IMG/VR virus record: IMGVR_UViG_3300044675_001825
Coordinates: 1-64,000 of that record
DNA: 64,000 bases
Strand: one strand, 5' to 3'
Origin: a virus
Shown here: in pieces, positions 50,201 to 59,542 of the stretch
Numbering within the stretch: the stretch's first letter is position 1
How the letters are laid out: each line of letters starts with the position of its first letter
Program-made: the position numbers and the translations under genes
Notes under the pieces: generated by a model
Database searches by the model: none
Told to the model about the DNA's origin: nothing
What the model saw: the letters and a program-made list of their open reading frames with translations, nothing else

Positions 50201-52611
50201 GAGGTTCTTCTATTGTTACAGAAAAATCTAGAATAACCATTGGATCAAGTGGAGCATGTGCTAAACCAGCTTTAGAACAAGACATTAGTGTTGTATCTTA
50301 TTATGCATCACTAAAGAATGTAGTGGTGAATCAATGGGGACAAATATATTCATATAGAACAGTAGACACAGGGTTCCAATCACCTATCAATCCTATTTCA
50401 ACAGGATCTACAACAGTGTTTGGTGGAGATACATTTATAGGTAGGTTTACATTTAAAACTAAACTTCCTTTCTTTATTGATAATAGAGTGAATGCTCCTG
50501 ATGATTCAGACATATTTTATGATGAGATTGGTAATGTGGCCTACCCAACATTCTGGCATTCTGCTCGATCTATATTAAAAGACTACACTGTAACACCAGG
50601 AGCCATAGGAACATTGTCTAATATTATTTCATACAAAGCTCATAACTTTGATTGTCCTAATAATCAAGAGCCTGGACCAACATCAACCCCTTCTTTTCCA
50701 GGACAAGATAATCCTAATAGAACATACTATAATGGATACTTCTATTTGTTTGCTTATGGTATTCCTAACTTCTATTGTGAGAGTTCTTATAACACAGATT
50801 TAAGACAAGCATTTAATAATAGAGAAGGTGATTTCTGGCCACACGTATCAACAGGTATTCCTGATGATTGGGTACAGGAGAACTACGTATCAATTGCATT
50901 TGATAATACGTACAACTATAATGTAACATTCTCTAAACAAAACAAAGAGAATAAATTTACTAGTCTACCTGCAGACTGGAAAAAAGACTTCTGTTTCACG
51001 TACTATCCATTCAGAACTATCTATTCAGATTCTCAGAATATAGATTCTGACAATAGAGTGAATAGCTGGTTGACATATAGATCAGTTTCATATTTTGATT
51101 TTCCTCAAAACTTTGGTAACTTAATATCATTAGATGGTATTCAGAACAAAGCTATCCTTGCTAGGTTTGAGAATAAGTCATTGTTATACAATACGTTATT
51201 AACAATTGATACAAGTAATCCACAGGCTGCTTATTTAGGTAACCCTTCTTTATTTAGAAGTTCTCCTCCAGTAGACTTTGCTGAAACAGATCTTGGATAT
51301 GTAGGAAGTCAGAATAAGTTCTTATTGAAGATTCCTCAAGGCCAAATTACCGTAGATGCTAAACGTGGACAAGTATTTTTACTTGGTAGTAATGGAGCAA
51401 AAGATCTTACATCGTTCTCTTCAGGGATGAATAACTTCTTTACAAACCATTTAGCGTTTGAGATTCTTAGATATTTCCCAAGTAAGGACGTAATGGTAAA
51501 TGGTAAACTAGTTACTATTCCAGGAGTTGATGTAGATAATAACTTCACTGGTATTGGACTACATGGTGTATATGATAACAGATACGAAAGAATCATCATA
51601 ACTAAACTTGATTATATTCCTGTAGATCCTGCTGTTAAGTATGACTATATAACAAAAGAATTCTATGTAGAAGAACCTATTGTTGGAAGTGCTCCACTTA
51701 GAGTGGTTGTAAGTTTACAAGATCCTGATTACTTCTGTAACAAGTCTTGGTCAGTTTCTTATAACTTCAACACACAAAGCTGGATATCATTCCATAGCTA
51801 CATTCCTAATTTCTATATAGGAGAAAACAATTTCTTCTATTCAGGAATCAATGGATGTTGTGATGATTTTGATTTTGTGGCAGGACCAATTGTTCCTAAT
51901 GCTCCAACAACAACTACAACATCTACTAGTCCTGGACCAACAACCACTACTACATCAACTACTACTGGGTTTAATTGTAACTTAGCTGGAAGTGTTGTAA
52001 TAACTAATTGTTTTTTATCTGGTAATGGTATAATTACAGTGCCACCAGCACCTCCACCTTGTACAAGACCTACAAACTTATCAGAAGATGATTTTGTTAT
52101 TGGATATACAATAACATCTATACCAATAACTGTAGTTTCTACAGGTAGTCAATCAGATGCTTGTAATGCAATTACTTATTTAAATAGTATTCCACCAAAC
52201 ACTACAATTAATGAAATAACAGGAAGTTATTCAAGTCTTAGTATTGGATCAACAATTTATGCAGGCTCAAGCTTTAATACAGATTGTACAGTGATTCCTG
52301 ATGGATGGTATTTTACAAATGAAAGTTCATATTATGGAATAGTTTATCAAGTGGTGAGTGGAGCAATTGCACAAATACAATCATGTTTCCCAACCACTAC
52401 AACAACTAGTACAGCACATCCTTGTATATCATACACAGCTATTAAAACAACAGTGGGTGTAGTTATAATAGATTATACAGACTGTACAGGAGCACCAGCA
52501 ACTGTAACTGTTGGACTTCCAGCAGGAGGACCTTCATCAGTTACTTTCTGTGCAAGATGTTGTGTATCCACTCAACCAAATGTAACATTAACTAGTAATG
52601 GAAACTGTTAA
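47239..52611 (+). CDS. Muzzle/tail stabilization protein (N-terminal part) with appended Thr-rich and Cys domains
   Basis: GLN.D, YALNA, IYWTDG.NP.R, G.YQFA..Y, GYLRDEVY, FGGDTFI, GYVGSQ, WISFHSY.P; C-terminal T-tracts and YTDCTG domain. Confidence 0.75.
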   Translation: MAEEQSKNNITQHLGTAITGLNLDSSVNQVKQGSLTYALNAAIENFDGNIVNYQNEMGNDLCVTFPKSYLLIGTHFINEKNKHIFFLVNPLTSMSQIGYMENNDCIYHVLVEAACLNFNVNNPIHKVVHKITNCTIEIYWTDGLNPRRWLDINNIPYLLKPGADLCDPEYTDQLDCNQLKIQPNFSIPQLKVVDVRSGGELVSGTYQFAIQYCDPVGNPYTSYYSVTNPTPIADLTIATVNFNTPVSKSIVVDITDLDVTGQFQYYNVAVIKTINNVSSVELVGTYFIEQNYDQIIYTGEDQTAIQLTIADIFEKFPYYEIAQDLTSVQDILVWDNLTSINRINYQSIASQIDVQWETYRIPANESYEDELNATNLRGYLRDEVYALEIVFLLKNGKQTDGFHIPGREQNFNEFSQPDIPDTSADFIGEPDYYSGGVGYSPYWKIYNTASVTGFSPGYSPSPTYKGAYQYGQMAYWESTEEYPCNVDLWGDLAGKNIRHHKFPDVLVSPINESQIFSGPTSMVMGNDAVFPIGIKIDIGQISNLIYNSNLTDDEKSEIAGFKIIRGNRGVHKSIIAKGILRNVNSYIREDQYYYYPNYPYNETGPDVDPFLNEVNNAWTEICEPWEINVMEFNLPEGPGPYTYAEVEFTNCNNDKPDKQKFTTLGKHTLCSISRPIPQGVGPFNRMKLRRGDTEEPTPGTKVNVSPMNYDVYKLEVKKNRLGLPRAGWRAQWEDTVTGVTDFWVCCGRSYFVNCIKGTRPVSVQNDTDIITLDKEVRVPDCKTPVPQKPISDKPELAYRQVFNSPETSFGQPFLGDILKIENVMFGKGLGHFVEVRGNAKYKLLTEEAQRDALQASQNIGSISSGFNATAMFTVYQSYLTIYINGITRRNYAYSYNSIADYNYNVGVGNDITVNGVRGIKQRPLDIKRYLIPGVQSVGDTINVTVGGTTVVKNAPINNYRRESTVYLRTDLDKPALPLPSNSPSMIVGGSSIVTEKSRITIGSSGACAKPALEQDISVVSYYASLKNVVVNQWGQIYSYRTVDTGFQSPINPISTGSTTVFGGDTFIGRFTFKTKLPFFIDNRVNAPDDSDIFYDEIGNVAYPTFWHSARSILKDYTVTPGAIGTLSNIISYKAHNFDCPNNQEPGPTSTPSFPGQDNPNRTYYNGYFYLFAYGIPNFYCESSYNTDLRQAFNNREGDFWPHVSTGIPDDWVQENYVSIAFDNTYNYNVTFSKQNKENKFTSLPADWKKDFCFTYYPFRTIYSDSQNIDSDNRVNSWLTYRSVSYFDFPQNFGNLISLDGIQNKAILARFENKSLLYNTLLTIDTSNPQAAYLGNPSLFRSSPPVDFAETDLGYVGSQNKFLLKIPQGQITVDAKRGQVFLLGSNGAKDLTSFSSGMNNFFTNHLAFEILRYFPSKDVMVNGKLVTIPGVDVDNNFTGIGLHGVYDNRYERIIITKLDYIPVDPAVKYDYITKEFYVEEPIVGSAPLRVVVSLQDPDYFCNKSWSVSYNFNTQSWISFHSYIPNFYIGENNFFYSGINGCCDDFDFVAGPIVPNAPTTTTTSTSPGPTTTTTSTTTGFNCNLAGSVVITNCFLSGNGIITVPPAPPPCTRPTNLSEDDFVIGYTITSIPITVVSTGSQSDACNAITYLNSIPPNTTINEITGSYSSLSIGSTIYAGSSFNTDCTVIPDGWYFTNESSYYGIVYQVVSGAIAQIQSCFPTTTTTSTAHPCISYTAIKTTVGVVIIDYTDCTGAPATVTVGLPAGGPSSVTFCARCCVSTQPNVTLTSNGNC

Positions 52612-52614
52612 GCT

Positions 52615-53481
52615 ATGTCAAAAACTATCTCTATAAAGCTAACACAAGCAGGACCTACTGCAGGACCCTTCAATATCTATGACCAATTTGGAAATGTGAT
52701 AGCTGAAGGTGTATCTAGAAAAACTCTTGTGAGAGGCATAAGCTATATTGTAAATAATGATGTAACAATCATCACTATTAAATCTACTGGTAAATGTAGA
52801 TCAGAGAAGAGCGTTCCTGTTGAAGATATAACAGTATCGAATTACACAAGTATAAAGTTAGTTCAAACTGTAACAGCATGTGTATGGACACATTTACTTA
52901 ATATAAGAAACTATAACACCTTCTATGGAAACATAGAACCATACATCATTGAATATCCTTTTGCTTATAAGTTCCAAGATGAGATATTGCAGAACGTAGT
53001 TGACTACACTAAGGCATATGATTATTTTCCTATTCCTGATGGTGTGTTTAATGCTAACACAAGAATAGAAACAAATGATAAATACTTCAATAAAGCTGTT
53101 CTATATAATGGACAACAGAGTTCTGGTCTTCTTGAGCTTGTAGCAAAACCATTAAATAATTTGCAAGCATATAATCAATATCCTATCTTTAACGCTGATA
53201 GTAAAACCATTACATATACTAAGAGTGATAACTTCTATCAGTACAATACATTCTGGGCTTTAGAGAAAAGCTCTCAGATTCCATTATTCAATAGAACATG
53301 TGAAAGCTTATCAATTGATAAAGTGATAAATCAAGACAACATGGACTATGGAACAAGAAGCTTCAAGAAATCTCCTCTAAGAGCAAAAGAATTAAAAATT
53401 CGTCACATCTTAGATTCATCAAGTACTACTCATCTTGTTTCACAATTTATCCTGGGAGTAGCACAAATCTCATACAAATAA
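52615..53481 (+). CDS. GPFNIY domain fused to probable C-terminal part of muzzle protein
   Basis: N-terminus homologous to 42467/43035; then VWTH...NTFYG..PYIIEY, FNKAVLYN.QQSSG.L.L. Confidence 0.6.
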   Translation: MSKTISIKLTQAGPTAGPFNIYDQFGNVIAEGVSRKTLVRGISYIVNNDVTIITIKSTGKCRSEKSVPVEDITVSNYTSIKLVQTVTACVWTHLLNIRNYNTFYGNIEPYIIEYPFAYKFQDEILQNVVDYTKAYDYFPIPDGVFNANTRIETNDKYFNKAVLYNGQQSSGLLELVAKPLNNLQAYNQYPIFNADSKTITYTKSDNFYQYNTFWALEKSSQIPLFNRTCESLSIDKVINQDNMDYGTRSFKKSPLRAKELKIRHILDSSSTTHLVSQFILGVAQISYK

Positions 53482-55982
53482 TGAAAGGAAAAGTAAAATG
53501 CACATGTGGTTGGTCATGGAACAAATCTGATTCTAGTAAAAAAGATATGTATATATGTCATGAGTGTGGCAGAGATAATTCTAACAACATGCAAAATGGT
53601 GGTTGGTTAGATAGCTATGCTGATGGTGGAACAATGCAAGAACACCAAGAGAACTATAATGATTATAAAGTTTCTGCTCCTGAAGGAATGGTAGGAGATG
53701 GATTCTCTAATGTAGGAAGAAACTATTCTCCTGCATGGGGAGGACAGTTTCAAACTGGTGGATATTTAAAGAAAGTTAAGAAGACAGAAAAAGATCTTCT
53801 TAAAAAATATGTAAATCCAGCACAAGCAAGAGCCCTTACAAGAGCTAAACAACAAGGAATTAATACAGGTATACATAATGGACCATTAGATGCTATAAGA
53901 CATTCTTCAAGTGCAGCTGCTATGTCTTCTGCATTACCTACTTGGACAAACTTTATTCCTGGAGTTGCACCATTAAAAATAGCAGCTACTAATATTGCAG
54001 GAGCAGCACATGAACTAAATGCTCCAAATGATTGGAAAGAACATGCATCTGATTTGTATAATAATTTTATAGGAAGTGTAGTTGGAGTGTTACCTGTATC
54101 AGAAAAAAACAAACATGATCTTTTGATACAAGCTCAAAAACATGGTGTGTTATCAGACATGGGTGATAAAACACCTTTACGTAAAAGACCAGCAGCTCCT
54201 CAATTACCACAGCTTAAGTTACCACCACTTCAAATGGGTGGATCTGTTTATCCAGTTAACTATGTTCCTGAAGCACAGAATGGTAAATTAACTTTCTTAC
54301 AACCTACTAGTGAGAAGTTACCAGAAGGATATAGAATTCCATATGCTGATCCTAGTTCTGAACTAGCTATGTCTATAGGTGGAGAGAATGGAGAACCAGC
54401 TTATTTGATTCCTAGTTTTAAATATGGTAAACCATTATATAACCCTATAGAAGAATTTAAAAAGACAGGGGAACATTTAGGAGGTCCTTTTAAAACATGG
54501 CAAGAAGCTGATAAATGGGAACAAGAAGTTAGACATCCTTATGTTGAAAAAGGACAAGATATTCCTATGCCAATTAAAACTTGGGGAGAAATGGCAATGG
54601 GTGGTTCTATTCCAGGAGCTGTAGGATTTACATACGCACGTACAAAAGGTATTCCTAGTAATGGCCCTTATGCTAAGAAGACAAAAGCTTCTGCACAAAA
54701 TGGTCAAGAAATGCAATACTATAGAGAAGGACTTGATTGGAAACCTAAAACTATTAGTCAAAATGGTGGATGGTTAGATGCATATGGTGATAATGTTTAT
54801 AAAGCTCAAACTGGTAAAAATATAAGAGTAAAAAATGCAGATGGAACTATTTCTGTTATGAATACAGATTCACCTGAGTATAGAGAAATGTATCAATCAG
54901 GTATGGTTCAACATCCATCTGCAGGACAAGGTGACAATCCTTATTTTGGAGGGATATTAGATGAAGTTAGTATCACAAGAGCACCAAGAGAAAAAGGTTT
55001 TTGGGAACAATACGCAGATAAGATTGCAGAAGAAAATAGAGATGCTGGATTGCTAGGTGCAATTATTGGTACACCTATTTCTGCTGTAACAAGTCTTCCA
55101 CAACTTGCAGCTACATATGCTTTAACAGATAAAATGCAAAGACCATCAGAAGCTCTTGATGTACAAAACCCTTATGGAGCTTTTGCTGTAGATCTTTTTA
55201 CTGATCCTATAAATTATGTAGGTGCTGGACTTGCTGATGATGCTTTAAAACTTACAAGTAAAGGAAAAAATTTACTTAAGAAAGGATTTGGCAAACCAGT
55301 AAAAGTTGCTGAACAAAACATTGTTCCAATTAAAGATATGTTTATTCAACCAACTCCTCTTAAAGCATCTGAAACTTTACCAAAAGAATTAGAACCATAT
55401 CTATCTAGCTATGTTAAACCTATAAGTGACGAAGAAGAAGTTTTCAGAATGTCAATGGGTCCTGAATATAAAGCTAAGAAATTAGCAGAAGACACTGTGT
55501 ATTTAGATCCTGAAGGTAATATTATTTCTTCTCCTAAAAAAACATATACACCTTTTATTGAAGATGAAGATATAAAATATATTAATGCTAAAAAAAATAA
55601 AAATATAAATGTTGTACCAGAAGAACGTTCTATAATAAGACGTTCATCTATTATAGATATAAATGATATGAAACAAGGGGGAGTTATAAAAGATGACATG
55701 GGACAATGGAATCATCCAGGAGAGATAACAGAAATCAATTCTCCATATATAACAATGAAAGGAGTTCCATATGATGTTCTTGGTATATCAGATACAGGAG
55801 ATACAAAACTAATGAAGCCAGGAAAGAACTATAAGTTTAAGGGAAAGAAAGTTACAGAATTTCCTATGGCTAAGAATGGATTAAGACAAGAACAAAAAGG
55901 TTTGGTTAATCTAGACAATCTAACTAATTTTACAAACTATAACAAACCACAACCAGGTGGATGGTTGAGCAAATACGAATAA
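53481..55982 (+). CDS. Virion cargo-like polyprotein with repeated x-x-G-G motifs
   Basis: N-terminal zinc ribbon, three GGWL(D/S)xY repeats, QNGG/QTGG/QMGG/AMGG/KQGG motifs. Confidence 0.65.
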   Translation: MKGKVKCTCGWSWNKSDSSKKDMYICHECGRDNSNNMQNGGWLDSYADGGTMQEHQENYNDYKVSAPEGMVGDGFSNVGRNYSPAWGGQFQTGGYLKKVKKTEKDLLKKYVNPAQARALTRAKQQGINTGIHNGPLDAIRHSSSAAAMSSALPTWTNFIPGVAPLKIAATNIAGAAHELNAPNDWKEHASDLYNNFIGSVVGVLPVSEKNKHDLLIQAQKHGVLSDMGDKTPLRKRPAAPQLPQLKLPPLQMGGSVYPVNYVPEAQNGKLTFLQPTSEKLPEGYRIPYADPSSELAMSIGGENGEPAYLIPSFKYGKPLYNPIEEFKKTGEHLGGPFKTWQEADKWEQEVRHPYVEKGQDIPMPIKTWGEMAMGGSIPGAVGFTYARTKGIPSNGPYAKKTKASAQNGQEMQYYREGLDWKPKTISQNGGWLDAYGDNVYKAQTGKNIRVKNADGTISVMNTDSPEYREMYQSGMVQHPSAGQGDNPYFGGILDEVSITRAPREKGFWEQYADKIAEENRDAGLLGAIIGTPISAVTSLPQLAATYALTDKMQRPSEALDVQNPYGAFAVDLFTDPINYVGAGLADDALKLTSKGKNLLKKGFGKPVKVAEQNIVPIKDMFIQPTPLKASETLPKELEPYLSSYVKPISDEEEVFRMSMGPEYKAKKLAEDTVYLDPEGNIISSPKKTYTPFIEDEDIKYINAKKNKNINVVPEERSIIRRSSIIDINDMKQGGVIKDDMGQWNHPGEITEINSPYITMKGVPYDVLGISDTGDTKLMKPGKNYKFKGKKVTEFPMAKNGLRQEQKGLVNLDNLTNFTNYNKPQPGGWLSKYE

Positions 55983-55984
55983 TT

Positions 55985-58900
55985 ATGAAAGCAGAATTTT
56001 TAAAAATCGCTAAGTGTAAAACTGTTAAACAGTTCTACGATAAATATCCAACAGAAGAAGCTTTCTTCAAAGCTCATCCTGAAGCAAAAGCATCTATTAA
56101 GAAAGCTCAGTTTGGAACTCTTATTGGTGGAGCCACTCCTAAACAAAGTGTTCCTAAACCTATATCATATATGGACTATCAAGAGTATCGTGATGAAGCT
56201 GATAAAATAGTCACTGGAAAAACTCAAGAAGAAAGAGATCAAGAAGCATACCAACAAGCTATGCTTGCTGCTGCTGCCAAAGGTGGTGGAGGTGGCGAAG
56301 GTGGTGGTGGAATGGGTAGTTTAAGTAGCATCATGAGTATGGCAGGTATGGCAGCTGGTGGTAGTGGTGGAGAAACTCTTGGTGGTGGAACTGATTCTGC
56401 TATGCCTGATCTAGCTATGTCTCTAGGAGGTGGTAGAAATGGAAGAAGAATTCCTGTAGCACAAACTGGATTTGTTGAAGGTATGGGTATGGATAGTGAG
56501 AATGGTTATAACGTAGATAATGATGGAAACGTTATGGATGGTAGTTCTACAACTGGTTATGATGCTACGTCTAATGGTGGTGGATTCATGAATACATTAA
56601 GTAAGCTAGGAAAATATGCAGGACCTATTGGCCAGATAGGTGAAGGACTTAGTATGCTTAAAGCTGGGAAACAAGCAAGACTTAATGCTGAACAAGAAGC
56701 TGCAGTTAGTGATATTGCTGCTAGAGCATCACTAACTAGAGAAGAAGAATCTAAAAGAAGATATGTTCGTCCTGAAGATATACAGAACACAGGAGAAGAG
56801 TTCTTCCCTATATATGGTGTAGGTACAAACGTACTTACTAGAAATGGTGGAGCAATTAGAAGAGCACAAGATGGTAGTTATATAACTGGTAATCCAACAG
56901 AGATACAAAATACATATTCTCCTGAATATACTCTTTATAATGATCTTGGATATGAGCCATTGGATGATTCAAATCAAGTTAAACAATATTACTATGGTGG
57001 AAGATTACATCAAATGAAAGCTGGTGGAGGAGTTCCATGGGAACAAATAGGAGGCATAGCTAATAACCTTGGACAATCTATAATGGGTGGAGAAGATGGT
57101 GGTGGTAAAATTGGTAGTACAATAGGAAGCACTGCAGGTACTCTTATTGGTGGACCTCTTGGGGGAGCTATTGGTGGATTTGTTGGTGGTGTGGCTGGTA
57201 ATCTTTTAGATACAAATGATAGAGATGCTAGAAAAGCACAAGCTAAAACAAAAAATAATGTCCAAAGAATGGCTCTTAATTCAGCATTCCAAGGATTAAA
57301 TGCACAGAACAATAGATACGTAAGAAATGGTGGTGACATAGATAGCTATGAAGATGGTGGATACATGAACCCTGAATACAATCCACAATTAATAACAATG
57401 TTTGGTGACCACACTGCAGAAGACTTTGCTGACTATGCTAATAAATATAGAGCTGGTGGACATCTGAAATCGTACACTGAACCAAGTGAAAGAGCTATGG
57501 AGACATATGCTATGGGTGGACAGCTTAAAACTTATTGGGGTGGAAAAGCTGAGACTATGTCTCATAATCCTTATATGCCAGGATCTGGTGAAACAGTAGT
57601 ATTTAGAGGACAATCACACAATGAGTCTGATAGAAAAGGTAACACAGGTATTGGTATAACATATGGAGAAAGTCCTGTAGAAGTAGAAAGAGGAGAACCT
57701 ATGTTTGAAATGGAAGCTGGTGGTGAAGTGAATCCTGAAACAGGAAAACCAGAAAACACTGGTGTAGTATTTGGTAATATGCCTATAGATAAAAAAGTAG
57801 CAGGACAGTTTAATGACCCAGACCTTATGGAAATAGCAAACAAATATCATGGTAAGAAATTCAAGAACGTTGGAATAGAACTTGCTAAACAAGAAGCTAA
57901 ACAAAACAAGATTATTGATAAGAACACAAAAATCTTAGATTCGTTTAAAGTGGAGACATCTCTTGATAAAGCAAAATTTGCTGCAATGCAAGCTAATATG
58001 GAAGGAGCTGACGCTACGCTTAGAAACATAGCTAATACTAAAATAACATTAGCTAACTACCAAAATGCAATCAATGATGCTAAAGAAGAACTATCTGATG
58101 TGATAGGAGAAAATCTTAGTGCAGAAGATCTTGCTAGAGGATACGCTAAGCTTGATAAAGACCCTGTAACAAAGGATGCTAAATGGGGTGGTAACATTGC
58201 TAAAAAAGCTAAGGATGGTATAACTACAACAAGTGAAACAACGCTTCCTCCAGAAACATTTAAGACTAAGAGAGAAGCTGAAGCTAAAGGATACATACAA
58301 AATCCTGTTACAAAAGTATGGGAAAGAACCATTAAGAAATACTCTACTAAGACTGATGGTAGTAAAGCTGCAACTGCTATGGATAATATTCCTAAACAAT
58401 CAGTAGATAAAGGAACAGGGTTTGCAGGAGGAGTAACAAAAGAAAAATTTGAAGAATTTAAAAAGAGATTCCCTGATTATCCTGGTATAGACAAGTTAGA
58501 TCCAAAAGATCCAAAAAGTTTAAGTGACTTTAAAGCTTGGGCTAACACTAAAGCTAAAGAAATGGGATCGACAGCTCGTATAATGGATGATCCTAAAACC
58601 GAAAAGAATCCACAAGGACTTCCTATTTTTGGTGATCAATTTTTTAGTTTTAATTTAGATGAATCTAAAAAAGCTACTCCTGCTGAAACTGAAGAAGTAT
58701 TAACAGCAACAGTTGAAGAACCAGGTGAAACTCCTATGCCAGAAGAAAAAGCTAAATTCCCTTGGCAAGCAATAGGTAATGCGATTCTTCCTTACTTTAG
58801 ACCTACAGATCAAGAAGGATTGGATATGGCTCAACTATATCCAGAAATGTTTGCTATGGCTACTAATCAAGTAGAACCTGTTCCTGCACAGAGCTATCAA

Positions 58901-59542
58901 CCAGAACTAATAGTTCCTTATGATATTTCTTTACAAGCACAACGTAATGCTGTAATAGCTGGTCAAAGAGCTCTTGAAAGACAAGCTGGTTATAATCCAG
59001 CTGCACAAGCTAACATTGCTCCAGCTGCTTATAATGCAATAAACGAAATAAACGAAAAAGAGTTTATAGCTAATCAAGGATTAAAGAACCAAGTTTACAC
59101 TGGTAACGTTAATACTATGAATGAAGCTAAGAAAATAAACTTAGCAATATTTGCTGATCAATGGGCTAAGCAATCTCAAGCTCTATCTAACACTAAAGCT
59201 ACAACACAAGCTGCTCTTAACTCTATTGCTGACAAGTATGCTAAAAACAAACTTGAGAATAGAAAACTTAGCATCTATGAGAACATGTATAACTACAGAT
59301 TTGGTAAGAGTGGTAGAGCTCAAAACTATAACCCTTTTCAAATATTTGATACCACTGTAGGGGGAAGTGGTTCATCAGATAAATCAGGAGGATTGGCTGA
59401 AGGAAAAGAGTTCACAATTGATAAAGATAGTGTATCAGATGCTGATCTTGAAGCAGTAGGAGGAATCAAAAATAAGAATGGAGGATACACTAAAATAAAA
59501 ACTAAAAATGGTTCAATACTTAGAGACTTCAAAAATTTATAA
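55985..59542 (+). CDS. Virion cargo/ejection protein with glycine-zipper and x-x-G-G motifs
   Basis: Probable start MKAEFLK at 55985; GKIGSTIGSTAGTLIGGPLGGAIGGFVGG, GQSHNE...VEVERGE, many GG motifs. Confidence 0.65.
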   Translation: MKAEFLKIAKCKTVKQFYDKYPTEEAFFKAHPEAKASIKKAQFGTLIGGATPKQSVPKPISYMDYQEYRDEADKIVTGKTQEERDQEAYQQAMLAAAAKGGGGGEGGGGMGSLSSIMSMAGMAAGGSGGETLGGGTDSAMPDLAMSLGGGRNGRRIPVAQTGFVEGMGMDSENGYNVDNDGNVMDGSSTTGYDATSNGGGFMNTLSKLGKYAGPIGQIGEGLSMLKAGKQARLNAEQEAAVSDIAARASLTREEESKRRYVRPEDIQNTGEEFFPIYGVGTNVLTRNGGAIRRAQDGSYITGNPTEIQNTYSPEYTLYNDLGYEPLDDSNQVKQYYYGGRLHQMKAGGGVPWEQIGGIANNLGQSIMGGEDGGGKIGSTIGSTAGTLIGGPLGGAIGGFVGGVAGNLLDTNDRDARKAQAKTKNNVQRMALNSAFQGLNAQNNRYVRNGGDIDSYEDGGYMNPEYNPQLITMFGDHTAEDFADYANKYRAGGHLKSYTEPSERAMETYAMGGQLKTYWGGKAETMSHNPYMPGSGETVVFRGQSHNESDRKGNTGIGITYGESPVEVERGEPMFEMEAGGEVNPETGKPENTGVVFGNMPIDKKVAGQFNDPDLMEIANKYHGKKFKNVGIELAKQEAKQNKIIDKNTKILDSFKVETSLDKAKFAAMQANMEGADATLRNIANTKITLANYQNAINDAKEELSDVIGENLSAEDLARGYAKLDKDPVTKDAKWGGNIAKKAKDGITTTSETTLPPETFKTKREAEAKGYIQNPVTKVWERTIKKYSTKTDGSKAATAMDNIPKQSVDKGTGFAGGVTKEKFEEFKKRFPDYPGIDKLDPKDPKSLSDFKAWANTKAKEMGSTARIMDDPKTEKNPQGLPIFGDQFFSFNLDESKKATPAETEEVLTATVEEPGETPMPEEKAKFPWQAIGNAILPYFRPTDQEGLDMAQLYPEMFAMATNQVEPVPAQSYQPELIVPYDISLQAQRNAVIAGQRALERQAGYNPAAQANIAPAAYNAINEINEKEFIANQGLKNQVYTGNVNTMNEAKKINLAIFADQWAKQSQALSNTKATTQAALNSIADKYAKNKLENRKLSIYENMYNYRFGKSGRAQNYNPFQIFDTTVGGSGSSDKSGGLAEGKEFTIDKDSVSDADLEAVGGIKNKNGGYTKIKTKNGSILRDFKNL

